Assembly: GCF_009914755.1 (NCBI RefSeq)
Contig: NC_060938.1
Length of the DNA: 64,000 bases
Source of the DNA: the human T2T-CHM13v2.0 reference genome, Homo sapiens
Direction: 5' to 3' (one strand)
Shown: positions 35,363 through 53,010 of the stretch, piece after piece
How positions within the stretch are numbered: the stretch's first letter is position 1
Layout of the letters: every line of letters starts with the position of its first letter
Program-made: the position numbers and the translations under genes
Notes under the pieces: model-generated
Told to the model about the DNA's origin: nothing
Database searches by the model: none
Seen by the model: only the letters and a program-made list of their open reading frames with translations

Positions 35363-35762
35363 TGATGTGGTTTTTCTCTGTCTCCACTCAAATCTAATGC
35401 TGAATTGTAATTCCTAGTGTTGGAGGAGAAGTCTGGTGGGAGGTGATTGGATCATGGAGGTGGCTTCTAATGGTTTAGCACCATCCACCTAGTGCTCTCT
35501 CGTGATAGAGTTCTCAAGAGATCTGGTTGTTTGAAGGTGTGTGGCACCTCCCCCTTTGCTCTCTCTCTCTCTCTCTCCTGCTGGGCATGTGAAAGTGTAC
35601 TTGCTTCTCCTTCACCTTCTGCCATGAATTTCTTAGTTTCCTGAGGCCTCCCAGCCATGCCTCCAGTATAGCCTACAGAACTGTGAGTCTATTAAACATC
35701 TTTTCTTCATAATACCCAATCTCAAATAGTTCTTTATAGCAATGTGAGAATGGTCTAATACA
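35363..35762 (+). mobile_element. MaLR LTR (MST-type solo LTR)
   Basis: TGATGTGG...gggaggtgattggatcatgg...ctttatagcaatgtgagaatggtctaataCA; flanked by ggtat/agtat (5-bp TSD with one mismatch). Confidence 0.88.
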
Positions 35763-38619
35763 AGTATGTTACACATGGTTTTCTGTAACAGGCTTTTAAC
35801 TGGCCTCCCTCCTTCCAGCATTTCCTCCCCATAATCCACTCCCATACCCTACAAATGACTTATTCTTTTAAGAAACACAGCATCAATCACATCAGTCCTC
35901 TGTTTAACAACCTTCAATGACCATCCTTTTCCTGTAGGAGTAAGGTTAGTTAAAACTCATGGTGTAGCTCTCGATGGCCTCTACAGTAGTCATGAACTTT
36001 CTGCTTCATCAGATTAAGTCTAACTTGTGAATGAGGCTGGGAAACATTTACTGTCCTCCATTAACAGCTCTGCTCATAGTCCTTTGCTCCCATGATTACA
36101 CCTGTCTGAATGCTTACCATCATTCTTTCTCCTGATCCTAGAGACTATCTCAGACCATTATTACCTTGTGAAGAATTTTCTGGTCACCCCAGCTCACAGT
36201 GATCTCTTCCTTCTGATAAATTACCCCAAATTTTTAAAAAATATATTTCAAAAAATCTTTTTTTCAAAAAATATTTTTGAAATGTATTTTTATATATTTT
36301 ATGTATGTTTTTAAAATATAGTTCACTTAATTTTACAGTGCACTTTTATAAGCATTATCTCATTCACTGTTTATAATAACATTGTGAACAAGGCAAGGTA
36401 CAAAGAATTAATCTCATTTTGTAGCTTAAAAACTGAGATTCAGAGAAGTGAAGGGGCCTAAGCCAGTGTGCTCAGCCAAGGGTAAAGCTCACTCTTCTCA
36501 CCCGAGCTCTCTATACCAAATTACCTTATTATGAGTATATACGTTATCTCCTCCCAAATATACATTTTTTTCTAAATGTTCTTACACGTTTGTATGTCTC
36601 ATAATACTGGACAAGACATTTACGGGGCTATGTAGAGCTGAGTGATTTTATTTCAATATTGTTCCCAGCAAGCTCAAGGACTGACAAAGCTGTACCACCT
36701 CTGCTCTATGGGACTACTGTAGCAAAAACTGAATTGTAGAAAAAAACAATCACTGCATCTCCAAAAAATCTGCTTTTGGAAGTAAGAAAGAGACAAGAAA
36801 AATAATCTTTTAAAGGTCAGGGCAGCCTTAATTTTACCTTTATATCCTAGGCTCCAATATTGAAAAGTTTCAAAGAAGGCTATCAGAGGTAATGACAATG
36901 GGCTTCAAGAACTACAAATGAATCACAATGAAATAAGTTTCAAATTGATCAAATTCCAGAAACCACTCCTCAGATAATTTAACTAGTAAGCAAAATGGAG
37001 AACTTTTTGATTTTGAAGCCCAGTTTAACAGAATTTAAACTATATTAATATAAAACTTAATTTTCTTTATTCCAAAGGCTATATTATACTAAATCTTTCT
37101 GGAAGCTAACCACAGGACTAATGTGATGAAATTGAAAGAATGGGGAACAAACTAGGTGGATGTCTGGACACCCCAAACTGAAGGTAAATGCTACCTTCTA
37201 CCCTAACATTCTTGACTTCCACAAACTCAGGTGTTAGACACCTGAGCACTGGAAGTTAAACAGGTAGATATGAAGACTAAGAAAAGAAGAGGGAGATAGA
37301 GGGACCAAAATAAATCTGAATATTGTAAAGAAGGTATTCACACAGTCTTTATTTGCCTAGTGCTAAATACATCCAGTGTCTACTTCTAGTCTGACCCTTC
37401 ATTCCAAATGCCTGTGTCTGGGCTAACGGGAGCATAGACAGCGAATAGAATTTGCTTTACTGTCTGATCTTCACTCAAGTGAAAGCAATTTGAGGCAGGA
37501 ATCATGTTTTGTTTTGGTTTATGTGTTTTTTTGCAGAGCTTTACATGTCATGTAAGTCGGAATTTCTGGAATGAGTACTTAAGCTTAGGGATTCCTGAGC
37601 ATGCATAAACATTTAAGAGCGGCTAGGTGATCTGTCTAGCCAGAGAATCTTGTCAGCATGTAACTGTACTCAAGACCACAATTTTACTAAGAGTTGAAGT
37701 GTGTAGGTAATTTTAACTGGTGAGAAAATTCATTTAGGATAAATATTTATTATTTGAAGATTATTTTTATGTTCACTTTATTTTTGCCATAGCTATTGTT
37801 ACTATACTGACAGCACTTCCAATAAGAACCTGTGTAAAAAAAACAATATAGTGGTCCTCAGTAAAAAAGTCCCAATGCTTTAAAATGGTTTATGTAGGCA
37901 GAGAACTATGCTTTAACTTCTTACTATAATACAACCATAACTTGCATAAAGTAAATCCAATCCTAGAGCAATTATGAGCTATGAATTCTGCTGGTCTTAT
38001 TTCATTAGCACAAATAATTTTAAAAGGGCTAGACAAACAGGCCAACAGATGTCGAGCAAACAGAAACTTTAACTGAGATTCCTGAAATCCCTAATAAAAC
38101 AAATAAACAGGAGACAGCCATAATAAAATAAATGCCTCTGTAATGAAGAGAAGTGTGTAATGGTAAGCATCTAAACCTGGCATTATAAAAGAAACAAAAA
38201 GTAAAAAGATGGTGTTTCGAAAACCAAGTTACTAAAGTAAGGTTACCTATTTATCATAAGGCTAAAGGTGTAAGGCTGCTGTCATCCAAGTATGATCCAG
38301 GGAACCCTAGACAGACCTTTTAGGGAGTCTGGCATTCCAAAACTATTTTTATAATGATAATAAGACATTATTTGCCTTTTTTACTTTCAAAGTCTCGCAG
38401 GTGTATATGCAAGGTTTCCAGTCTACATGGTATGTGATAAGGTCATCACTCTGATGGTTAATGGAATATATCTCTACCTCTATCTCTATGCCACATAAAC
38501 ACAACCTCTTTAGAGTCTTCTTGGAATCTCTCAGGGAAACTATAAAGGGATCCTGAGACCAACAAGTTTGAGAACTGATGGTTTACAGGCTACAAATTCA
38601 ATTTATCACAATATGACTT

Positions 38620-39780
38620 TGAATAATATTTTACCACTTCACACACAGTGTAATAAATTTACAGCATTTCACCTCCATTCTTTGTGCTATTGTTGTCAAC
38701 ACATTTTTATTCTACATAAGTTAAAAGCCCCACAATGCAGTTTTATGGTTTTTCCTTTAAAAAATTATCTTTTAAAGTTTTTTTTTTAGCACTTCAAAGT
38801 TTGGTTCTGACGTACATTGTTTCTGATGAAAAGCTGGCTGTTATTCTTAGCTTTGACTCCCCATACCTAAAGTGTCTTTCTTCATTTTTCTATCCTGTCA
38901 CCCCAACTGCTGTTAAAATTTTCCTTTTTATTACTGGTTCTCAGAAATTTGATTACAATGAGCCTTGGGGTAATTTTCTCTATATTTCTTCTCTGTATCT
39001 ACGAAAAACTTTCAGCCATTATTTCTTTAAGTATCTTTCTTTCTCTCCCTCTCTTCTTCTGAGGCCTCAGGTACACCTATTTTAGATTATTTGATTTTGT
39101 AGAGTTCAGGAGCACTATTTCTTTTTTTAAAATCTTTTTTCTTTGCTTCAGTTTAGATCATTTCTACTGCTTTTTCTTCAAGTTCTCTAAGCTTTTTTTC
39201 CTGTGATTTCTAATCTGCTGTTAATCTTGTCCAACTTATTTTTCATTTTATTTAATTGTTTTTTATTTCTACAAGTTCCACTTGGATCTTTTTACGCCTT
39301 CCATTTTTCTCCTCCTTATGTTTCTATATTTTTTTACATCCTTGAATTCATTTTTATTGTATGTATGTAGTTTATATGCACTGTTTTAAAGTCCTTTTAT
39401 AATAATCACATAATCTGTGTCATTTTAAATTCTGTTTCTGTTTATCTTTCTCCCGGTTATAGACTTTATTTTCCTGGTTCTTCACCAGCTTGATAATTTT
39501 GATTGGGTGCTAGATATTATGTATTTTACATTGTTGGATGCACAATTTTTTTATATTACTTTAAACACCATTGGACATTGTACTGATTATTAAATAATTT
39601 GCTTATCATTTTGATTTTTTGAGACTTCTTTTAATTTTTATCTGAACAGCCTCTATTCTGGGACTAATTAAAGTCACTACTAATTTATCACCTTTCTGAG
39701 GATTCTAGTGCCTGCCCTGTGCATTACAATGTCTCTTGAATCCTGGATGCTAGTAATACAAACTATGCCCAGCACTATGT
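38620..39780 (-). mobile_element. Old antisense L1 fragments
   Basis: T-rich degenerate L1 text (gtttctgatgaaaagctggctg, ttcagccattatttcttt, tctaatctgctgttaatc). Confidence 0.55.
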
Positions 39781-40759
39781 GAACTCTGGAAATTATTTGG
39801 CCTGTTGCTTCTCTTTGCCTGAGTTTCCTCTCATGTATGTACAGATCAGCCAAAGACAAAGAGTGACCCCTCCAGAGCCAGAGTTCTCTTCTGAATCTCT
39901 CTCTCCCCCTCTTTCTCTTTGTCTCTCTCTCTTTTTCTCTCTCCCCAAATCCCTCCTCTCTGGTACACTTATTCAAACATTCTAGATGCTTTAGGATCCC
40001 CAATCTCCTATTCTATTCCTCAACACAACGAGGCAGCTGTGCTGTGTTGTGGTTAATCCTCCCTGTGCTGTTGCCTAGAAACTGCCTCCAGGAAATAAGT
40101 GGAAGAAATGTTAGGACTCACTTCATTTATTTTCATTATCTCTGTATTATCTGTAGTCCAAGGTCTGAAAATTTCCTTTATTTTGTCCAGCTTTTTAATT
40201 TGAAGATCAATTTCTGTAGCAGTGTACATTTATCAAGGAAACAAAAGTCAAAGTAATTTATTTGTGTTGTATTTTACAGTTGTAGTGGTCCATGATAAAT
40301 TGGTGAAAACACTGATTCTTTATCATAGATTATTTGAAAAGAGCCACATTAGATAATGTTTCTAACATGCATTATCATGTTTATAAGATGACATGCTGAT
40401 TGTGTCTTGGGGACTTAATAGAACTGATTCAGATAAAGGAATAAAGGAGAGTAGAGAGGACTTTCTAGGCAGATGTTCTCTGTCCCATGAGAACCATAAA
40501 GACATGTGCAAGGAGGAGGCCTCAGATTTTTCTACTTAAAAGTTGTGCCTGGAATTATTTGGGATTATTATCTGTACCCAAGGAGAAAATGATGCGAGTA
40601 ATAATTGAACATTGCCCCAATTATTGCTGTGAATCTATAAAAAATGAATGTTTAGTGCTTTCTTCTTAGAGTCCTATTCCATTCTTCTTAGGTATCTACC
40701 TTCCCTTCAAGCTATTTTATTAAAAACAGGGTCAAGGTTCTTTTTGGTTTTTATTTTCT

Positions 40760-43650
<2,891 letters not shown>

Positions 43651-44153
43651 CAAGAAGTGCAAAGAACCACTGGGAGATTCAACCATACACACAAAAATGT
43701 GACCCATGGTCGAAAGAGAAAACTGTTAATAAACCCAAAAAGAGATGACCCAGGTGTTGGATTTATTGGATGTACTTTAAGATAAATATAATAAAATACA
43801 AATGGATCTAATAGAAATTGTAGACAATATGCATGCTGAGATATGTAAGTTTCGGAGAGAGAAGAACAAACATATGTATAGGGAATAGGTTAACCAGTAT
43901 ATTTAAAAATATGTATACAAAATATGCTAACCAAAAAGAAAGATTGACAAATAGGACACGAATACAATTTTAAAATGGTGCTCATCCAACGACAGTATTA
44001 AGAAAGTCAATTAGCAACCTAATTTCTGAAAAAATATTCAAGAAGATACAGCTGAAAAAATATTACTTCCAGAATATATTTAAAACCTCCCATAAATTAA
44101 CAATTAAAAATTACACAATAATAAAATACATAAATGGTGTAACGAGTGAGTAC

Positions 44154-45455
<1,302 letters not shown>

Positions 45456-45459
45456 AATC

Positions 45460-46140
45460 TATAAAATATGTTAAACATCATAAGTCATTAGGGGGATGCA
45501 AATAAAATCTACATTCCGGTGCCATTCATCCCCACTAGAAGCACTAAAAACAAGCCATCTGACAACCCCAATATTGGCAAATATGTGGAACAACTAGACA
45601 GTTCATGCAGTGCTGGCGAGAATGTAAAATGGCACCGCACAATCACTTTGGGGTCTTGCAATGGCCCAGCAAGAACACTCACAGATATTTAGCAAAGATA
45701 AGTGAAAACATAGGCCCATAAATGATCCATACAAAAAATTTTGTATGCACCTCATTTATATTTGTTGTAACTGGAAACAATTTAAATGTCCATCAACAGG
45801 AGATAAAAAAGAACTACGGACTGATACACACAACAATATTAACGGATCTCTAAAGCCTTATGTTGAGCAATGGAAACCAGGCCCTTCCCCCAAAATACTG
45901 CATGATACCTTTTATATAAAATTCAAGAACAAAAACTAAACTATGGTGATACAAGTAAAAATGTGGTTTCCTCTGGGAAGGAGAGTTTGACTAAAAAGGG
46001 GCACAAAGGGATTTTTCTGCGATCATGGAAATGCTCTACATATTGTTTTAGGTGATAGTTACACAGGTGTATAAAATTCTCAAACTCATTGAAATGAATA
46101 CATTGTATCTGTGCATTTTATTATGTCAATCATACTTCAA
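45460..46140 (+). mobile_element. Old L1 (L1ME-like) 3' fragment
   Basis: Degenerate L1 3' end (aactggaaacaatttaaatgtccatcaacagg...; gtgatagttacacaggtgtat...). Confidence 0.6.
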
Positions 46141-47888
46141 TACAAAAGAAACCAAAATAAAATAAAATAACCTATATAGAAAGAAATGTGCCCCTGCACA
46201 ATTGTAGGGCTAGGTAAGTTTTCACAATTTGGAAAAGCCCATGTAACCAGCACCCATATCAAGAAAAAGGGCATTACCCACATGGCAGGCCACTCTTGTA
46301 CCTGCTTCCTGTCTCTACCAGCCCAAGTAACCATTATCCCGACATCTAACTGCACAGACTAGTTTTGCACTTTAATTAAATGGGATCATTTAGTATGTAC
46401 TCTGGTTTCTAGCTAATTTTACACAATCATAACTTTATGAGATGTATTTGTATTATTATGTGTAGCCATAAATCTTCATTCTCAGAACTTTGGGGCATTT
46501 TATTGTCTTTGGTCATTTCATTTGTGTATATTTAGCTTCCCAGGGCAAATTAATGACCAGCTAGTCTTTGTTGATTCCAAGTCTCAGACAGCTATCAGAG
46601 TAGACTATAATCACGACAGACCACAGCTGCTCTAGCAATTGGAAAAGTATAGACAAATTCCTGCAAAAACTGTAGAAAGCTAAAAATATTAATTTTTCTC
46701 TGTGTATATATTATTTTATTTTGGTTCTTTTTTATGAGGTATAATTTTTTCTACAATGAAATGCACTTACATGTTTAGTTTAATGTGTTTTGAGAACCAT
46801 ATACACCCATGTAACAAGATAATATATAGAACATTCCCTACATCCCTGAAGTCTCCTTTCCAGTCTAATTTTTCCTCCTACAGACAACCACTTTCTGATA
46901 ATTTTATCACTAGTTAAATCATCCTGGACTTAAAAAAAATTAATTTTCTCATAAGAGGGACTTTAGGTCATTATATTATATTCAATTATATTCACTCAAA
47001 GAAGAGAGCATAAACAGACAATTAAAAGCTGCAGTCAACTGAATCACACTCACATATCTGCACATTGACACCACACAAATCAGTCACCAACTTTCATGCT
47101 GCTGAAAGGTAAAACTATAGAGTTGCCCCCAGTGAAAAAAGTCTTTCAGCCACATCTGCCGCAGCAGTGGGCTGACAGAGGGATTTGCAATGTTCCAATT
47201 GCTTTATTTATGATATAAGAGAATAAGAATGCATGCTCTGATGAGTTTGGCTGCACTCATTTAGACTATCGGGTGCAATGTTTGAAAGCCAGATTTTTCC
47301 TAGCACAGACTTACTATTGATTGCTATTGGGCACATGCAACGGGACAAATTTTGTCAATCAAGAAACTTGCTGTAATGCCATTAAGCAAACAAGAAACTT
47401 TATCTAATATAAATTTTCCCAGAATCCAATGGCTTGGTGCACAGGAAGAAAGAGTTATAATGATTGAGAGTGAAAAGTTTTATCTCCCTGTCTGGAAGAA
47501 AAATCTGGGAATATATTTCACTGTAGATTTCAGCCAGAGACCAAAAAGCATACACCATGCAAAAAGATGGATGATAACTTGTTCTCAGTAGTCATCATAA
47601 CCCATAATAAATTGTTATTTCTTATGAAACTTATGAGTCTATCTCTGATGCATTGGCTGAATGTAGCAAATGGTTGAATCATTAAAACCTTCAATTTAAT
47701 TTAACTCATGTACATGTACAGATATAATTTCTGTCTATTAAATTAAAATAAGACCAAATAGGCAGGTTAGAATCTCCAACTGTGTCAAAAAGCTATGGCT
47801 TAACACAGGCAAACTGATATCAGCAGATCACATTTTCTCTTCTGGCAGAGGAGCACCTTACAGCTCGGCACTCAGAAGAACTTGCAAC

Positions 47889-49929
47889 ATTCTGCTCCCC
47901 TGCCTACTGAGGATAGTCATAGCCTCTTTCTGACAAAGGATGGTAAAGATGGCCACAAATGCAGGACTCCGGCTTTTCTCAGCTTTAAAATCTGGGGGCA
48001 GCAGCAGGTTGTTATTTTCTCCTAAACCTGATGGGGTTTAGGGGAAAGAGGTAATGGACAGGGAGTCACAGCCCCGTCCTACATTATTTCCTTACAACCT
48101 CATGGGTACCCCCAGGAGAATCAGCATAATTCTCTCTCTCTTCCCCCTCTCTCATCTCTTTTCTCTCTCTTTTTCAGGATCTAGCTAGTTCCAGAGGGTA
48201 ACTCAAGCCCTGACCGAAATTTATTTTTATGCTTTAAGTTCTGGGTTACATGTGCAGAACTTGCAGTTTTGTTACATAGGTATACACGTGCCCTGGTTGT
48301 TTGCTGCACCCATCAACCTGTCACTCTTCTAATGTTATCCCTCCCCTACCCCCCCAACCCCAACAGGCCCCAGTGTGTGATGTTCCCCTCCCTGTGTCCA
48401 TGTGTTCTTATAGTTCAACTCCCACCTATGAGTGAGAACATGCAGTGTTTGGTTTTCTGATCTTGTGATAGTTTGCTGAGAATGATGGTTTCCAGCTTCA
48501 TCCATGTCCCTGCAAAGGACATTAACTCATCCTTTTTTATGGCTGCATAGCATTCCATGGTGTATAAGTGCCACATTTTCTGAATTCAGTCTATCATTGA
48601 TGGACATTTGGGTTGGTTCCAAGTCTTTGCTATTGTGAATAGTGCCACAATAAACATACGTGTGCATGTGTCTTTATAGTAGCATGATTTATAATCCTCT
48701 GGGTATATGCCCAGTAATGGGATTACTGGGCCAAATGGTATTTCTAGTTCTAGATCCTTGAGGAATCGCCACACTGTCTTCCACAATGGTTGAACTATTT
48801 TATAGTCCCATCAACAGTGTAAAAGCATTCCTACTTTTCCACAACCTCTCCAGCATCTGTTGTTTCCTGACTTTTTAATGATCACCATTCCAACTGGTGT
48901 GAGATGGTATCTCATTGTGGTTTTGATTTGCATTTCTCTAATGACCAGTGATGATGAGCATTTTTTCATGTCTGTTGGCTGCATAAATGTCTTCTTTGGA
49001 GAAGTGTCTGTTCATATCCTTTGCCTAATTATGTGATGGGGTTGTTTGCTTTTTTCTTGTAAATTTGTTTAAGTTCTTTGTAGATTCTGGATATTAGCCC
49101 TTTGTCAGATGGATAGATTGCAAAAATTTTCTCCCATTCTGTAGGTTGCCTGTTTACTCTGATGATAGTTTCTTTTGCTGTGCAGAAGCTTTTTAGTTTA
49201 ATTAAATCCCATTTGTCAGTTTTGGCTTTTGTTGCCATTGCTTTTGGTGTTTTAGTCATGAAATCTTTGCCCATGCCTATGTCCTGAATGGTATTGCTCA
49301 GGTTTTCTTCTAGGATTTTTACGGTCCTAGGTCTTAGGTTTAAGTCTTTGAGCCATCTTGAGCTGATTTTTGTATAAGGTGTACGGAAAGGGTCCAGTTT
49401 CAGTTTTCTGCCTATGGCTAGCCAGTTTTCCCAACACCATTTGTTAAATAGGGAATCGTTTCCCCATTGCTTGTGTGTCTTGATGGGAATTTCTATACTA
49501 CCAGGAGAATCACTATAATTTTCTCACTCTTCTTCTCCTCTCCTCTCTCCTCTCCTCTCATCTCCTCTCCTCTCTTTTCTCTCTTTTTCAAGATCTAGCC
49601 AATCCCAGAAGGTAACTCAAACCCAGGCTGCAATTTCTATGCTGCAGAAGGAGGCTGTGACCTTGGATTGTGTATAAGAAGCTAAAACTTAATTATTATT
49701 TACTCTGGTACAGACATCCACCAAGTGGGAGAATTATTTTCCTTATAGATCAGGAGTCTTTTAATGAGCAGAATGGAACAAAGGGTTGGTATTCTCTGAA
49801 CTTGCAGAAACCAGCCAGTTCCATCAGCTGTATTTTCACAGCCTCACAGCTTGAGGTTTTGGCAATGTTCTTTCATCCCCTGAGTGAAACTACAGTGAAA
49901 TATTCACCTGAGGGGGGCCTAAAAAATTC
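47889..49929 (+). pseudogene. Vestigial TRAV pseudogene (TRAV19/TRAV14-like), disrupted by L1
   Basis: Leader remnant ATT CTG CTC CCC TGC CTA CTG AGG ATA GTC ATA GCC TCT TTC TGA (47889-) aligns to the TRAV19 leader, with ATG>ATT and an in-frame stop. V exon remnant 49592-49890 reads SSQSQKVTQTQAAISMLQKEAVTLDCV*...YYLLWYRHPPSGRIIFLIDQESFNEQNGTKGWYSLNLQKPASS...ASQLEVLAMFFHPLSE (stop, frameshift, second Cys lost). Decayed RSS TACAGTG-23-AAAAAATTC at 49891-49929. Confidence 0.9.
48221..49474 (-). mobile_element. 5'-truncated L1PA inserted in the TRAV pseudogene
   Basis: Minus-strand ORF2 peptides ([18 protein letters not shown]..., [17 protein letters not shown]...) and L1PA 3' UTR; highly similar to the L1 at 20686. 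Confidence 0.93.
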
Positions 49930-50124
49930 ATATCTCAATGTCCCCCGATATAAACACCTGGGCAAGAGTCACAGTGTGAACAGGAAGAGGCAGGGAGGCA
50001 CTGTCAATGGAGATGGAGATTTAGGAGAAACTTCACTCTAAGGAAAATGTTCTCTCTGGCTCAGAGAACATATCTTAAATTGTCATTAATCAAAAGCGTG
50101 TTTATCTTCAGTTCTTTATCTTGA

Positions 50125-50516
<392 letters not shown>

Positions 50517-51479
50517 TAGAAATTTGTGGTGACTACATTAAAGTGTGAAACTGACTCTTAAAAAGTTAAGAAACACTTGGCCAAATCCATATGCGAATTG
50601 TTAGATGATTTGTCTGTATATTGCCATGACTTGCTCTTCTTCTTTTTATATTTTTTTCTTTCCCGTTGAGTGACCTTCTTGATTTACTTAATTTCTGGGT
50701 GGATATTCCTTCCATTACAAGTCCTAGCCTAAGACTTAAGGAAAATGAGCTTGCTTTTCTACTTTCCTGACTCTGGTTCCAAAGGCCGAATTATTTCCAT
50801 TGGAATAAAAACTTCTTGATTCTTAACGCTTAAGGAGACTTTTAGAAAGTATTATCCTCAATTGTAATATTGGTCTTTTCAAAATTCACCCATGAGAGCA
50901 AAATCAGGACCCTGTTCTGGGAAGAAGCATGACTACGTCCCAGGGAGCCAGGCCATTTGGCCATGAAACTGTGATTGTGAAAAGACGTAGATGAAAGCAT
51001 ATGACTTTCACAAAAAGTAATGACAAGAAGAGGGATTTCTTATTCTTGGGACAATTTGGAGAGAATTAGTCTTTTCTTCAGGAAACATGTGCCTAAATAT
51101 CAGAAAAGAAGTCATAGAAGAAGAAAGAAAATCTCGTTTTCAGTTCATTTTGATGACTTAAAGATGGATGGGCAATTTTCCTGGGGAATATTAAGGTTTA
51201 AAAGAACATAAATTTTAGGAAAAGTTTCCAGTTATTCTCAATAATAAGACAGATATAAAACTATTTTCCAAATCTATAATACAAAATTGCCCTGTGATAA
51301 ATGACAGGAAATTTCCGAAGGTGATGGGTTGAAAACGGTGTGATGTGGTCCCTATATTTCTAAATTAAATTTTCAGGTAGAATAATCATAGTGAGATAAA
51401 AAGGAAATTTTTCAGCCTCAAAATATAAAAGGTTTTAAAGTCATCTATTAAAAGTCTTTGATATACATTTTGGTTATTC

Positions 51480-53010
51480 AAAGCAGAATAACCACTGTAC
51501 AATTCCATTTATATAACATTCATGAAATAACAAAATTGTAGGGATTAATAACAGATTAGTGATTGTCAGGGGTTATGACTGGGGAGAAGGAATAGCTGTG
51601 GCTATTAAGATAAAAATAATGAACTATTCCTCCTATCCAAAAAATCTATTTATAAATAAACATCATAAAAAATAAACTCAAAGTGAATCATGAAATTAAA
51701 TGTAAAATGTAAAACTGTGAAACTTTTGGAAAAAATAAAGAAAATCTTCAAGATGCAGAGCCAAGCGAAGAGTTCTTAGGTTTGACACCAAAAGCACAAT
51801 ACACACACACATATACACACACAAATTGGATTTCATCAAAATTTAAAACTTTTGCTCTGTAAAAGATCCTGTTAAGAAGATCAAATGATAAACTACAGAC
51901 TGGGAGTAAATATTTAAAAACCAGGTATCTGACACAGAGTTGTAGCTAGAATATATAAAGAATTCCCAAAATGAAACAGTAAAAAAAAAAAAAAGTTAGA
52001 AAATGAGCAAAAAGCATTAAACAGATTTCACTTTGAGGATATACATATTGCAAATAAGCATATGAGAAGATGATCAACATTATCAGCTATCAGTGAAATG
52101 CAAATTAAAACCACGATGAGATATTATTATATACCTATCAGAATGGCTGAAATAAAAAATAAAGATAACATCAAATGCTGTTGAAAATTTAGGGAAACTG
52201 GATCACTAGTATGTTGTTGGTAGGGATATAAAATGATACAGGCACTCCGGAAAATAGTTTAGCAATTTCTTATAAAATTATGCATGCCTTACCCCATGAC
52301 CCAGCAATTACACTCTTTGGGACTTATCCTAGAGAAACAAAAGCTTATATTCACACCAAAACCTGTACATGAATATTAATAGCAGCTTTATTCATCACAG
52401 CCCAAATCTGGAAACAACCCAGATGTCTTCCAGTGGGTGAATGGTTAAGCAAACAGTGGCACATTCATAACATAGTCTATTATATAGCAATACAGAGGAA
52501 CAAAAGCATTTATACACATAATAACTTGCATAGATATCATGCTTTTATCCCTCATGCAGAGTGAGAAAAGCCAATTTTAAAAGGTTACTACTGTACAATT
52601 CCATTTATATGACATTATTGCAATAACAAAATAGTAGGAGTAAGTAACAGATTAGTGATTGTCAGGGATTAATGATGTGGGGAGGGGATGGGTGTGGCTG
52701 TGTGAAGGAGTAGCATGAGGAAAGCTGTGATTGTGAAACCATTGTGAGTCTTGATTGTGGCAATGGTTACATGAATCTATACATACGATAAAATTGCATA
52801 GAACCATACACATACAAATTAGTGCATGTACAACTTCAGAAACCTAAATAAGCTCTACAGATTATACCAATGTGAATGTCTTGGTTTAGAAACTGTTCTA
52901 TAGCTACACAAGTTGTTATCATTGGGGATGCTAAGTGAAGAATACGTGAGACCTCTATATACATTTTTTGAAATTATAATACTATAATTATTTCAAATAA
53001 AAAATAAAAA
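51480..53010 (+). mobile_element. Old L1 (L1M-type) 3' fragments
   Basis: Degenerate ORF2 end and 3' UTR (caaattaaaaccacgatgagata, ggaaacaacccagatgtc), ending in an A-rich tail at ~53000. Confidence 0.75.

Noticed and set aside
36230-36290. AT-rich imperfect palindrome (TTCAAAAA ATA TTTTTGAA)
   Set aside because: Expected by chance in low-complexity A/T sequence.
49970-49976. Perfect CACAGTG 79 bp downstream of the pseudogene's dead heptamer
   Set aside because: No nonamer at 12 or 23 spacing; other isolated CACAGTG hits (e.g. ~11097, 15732, 36195) fail the same test.
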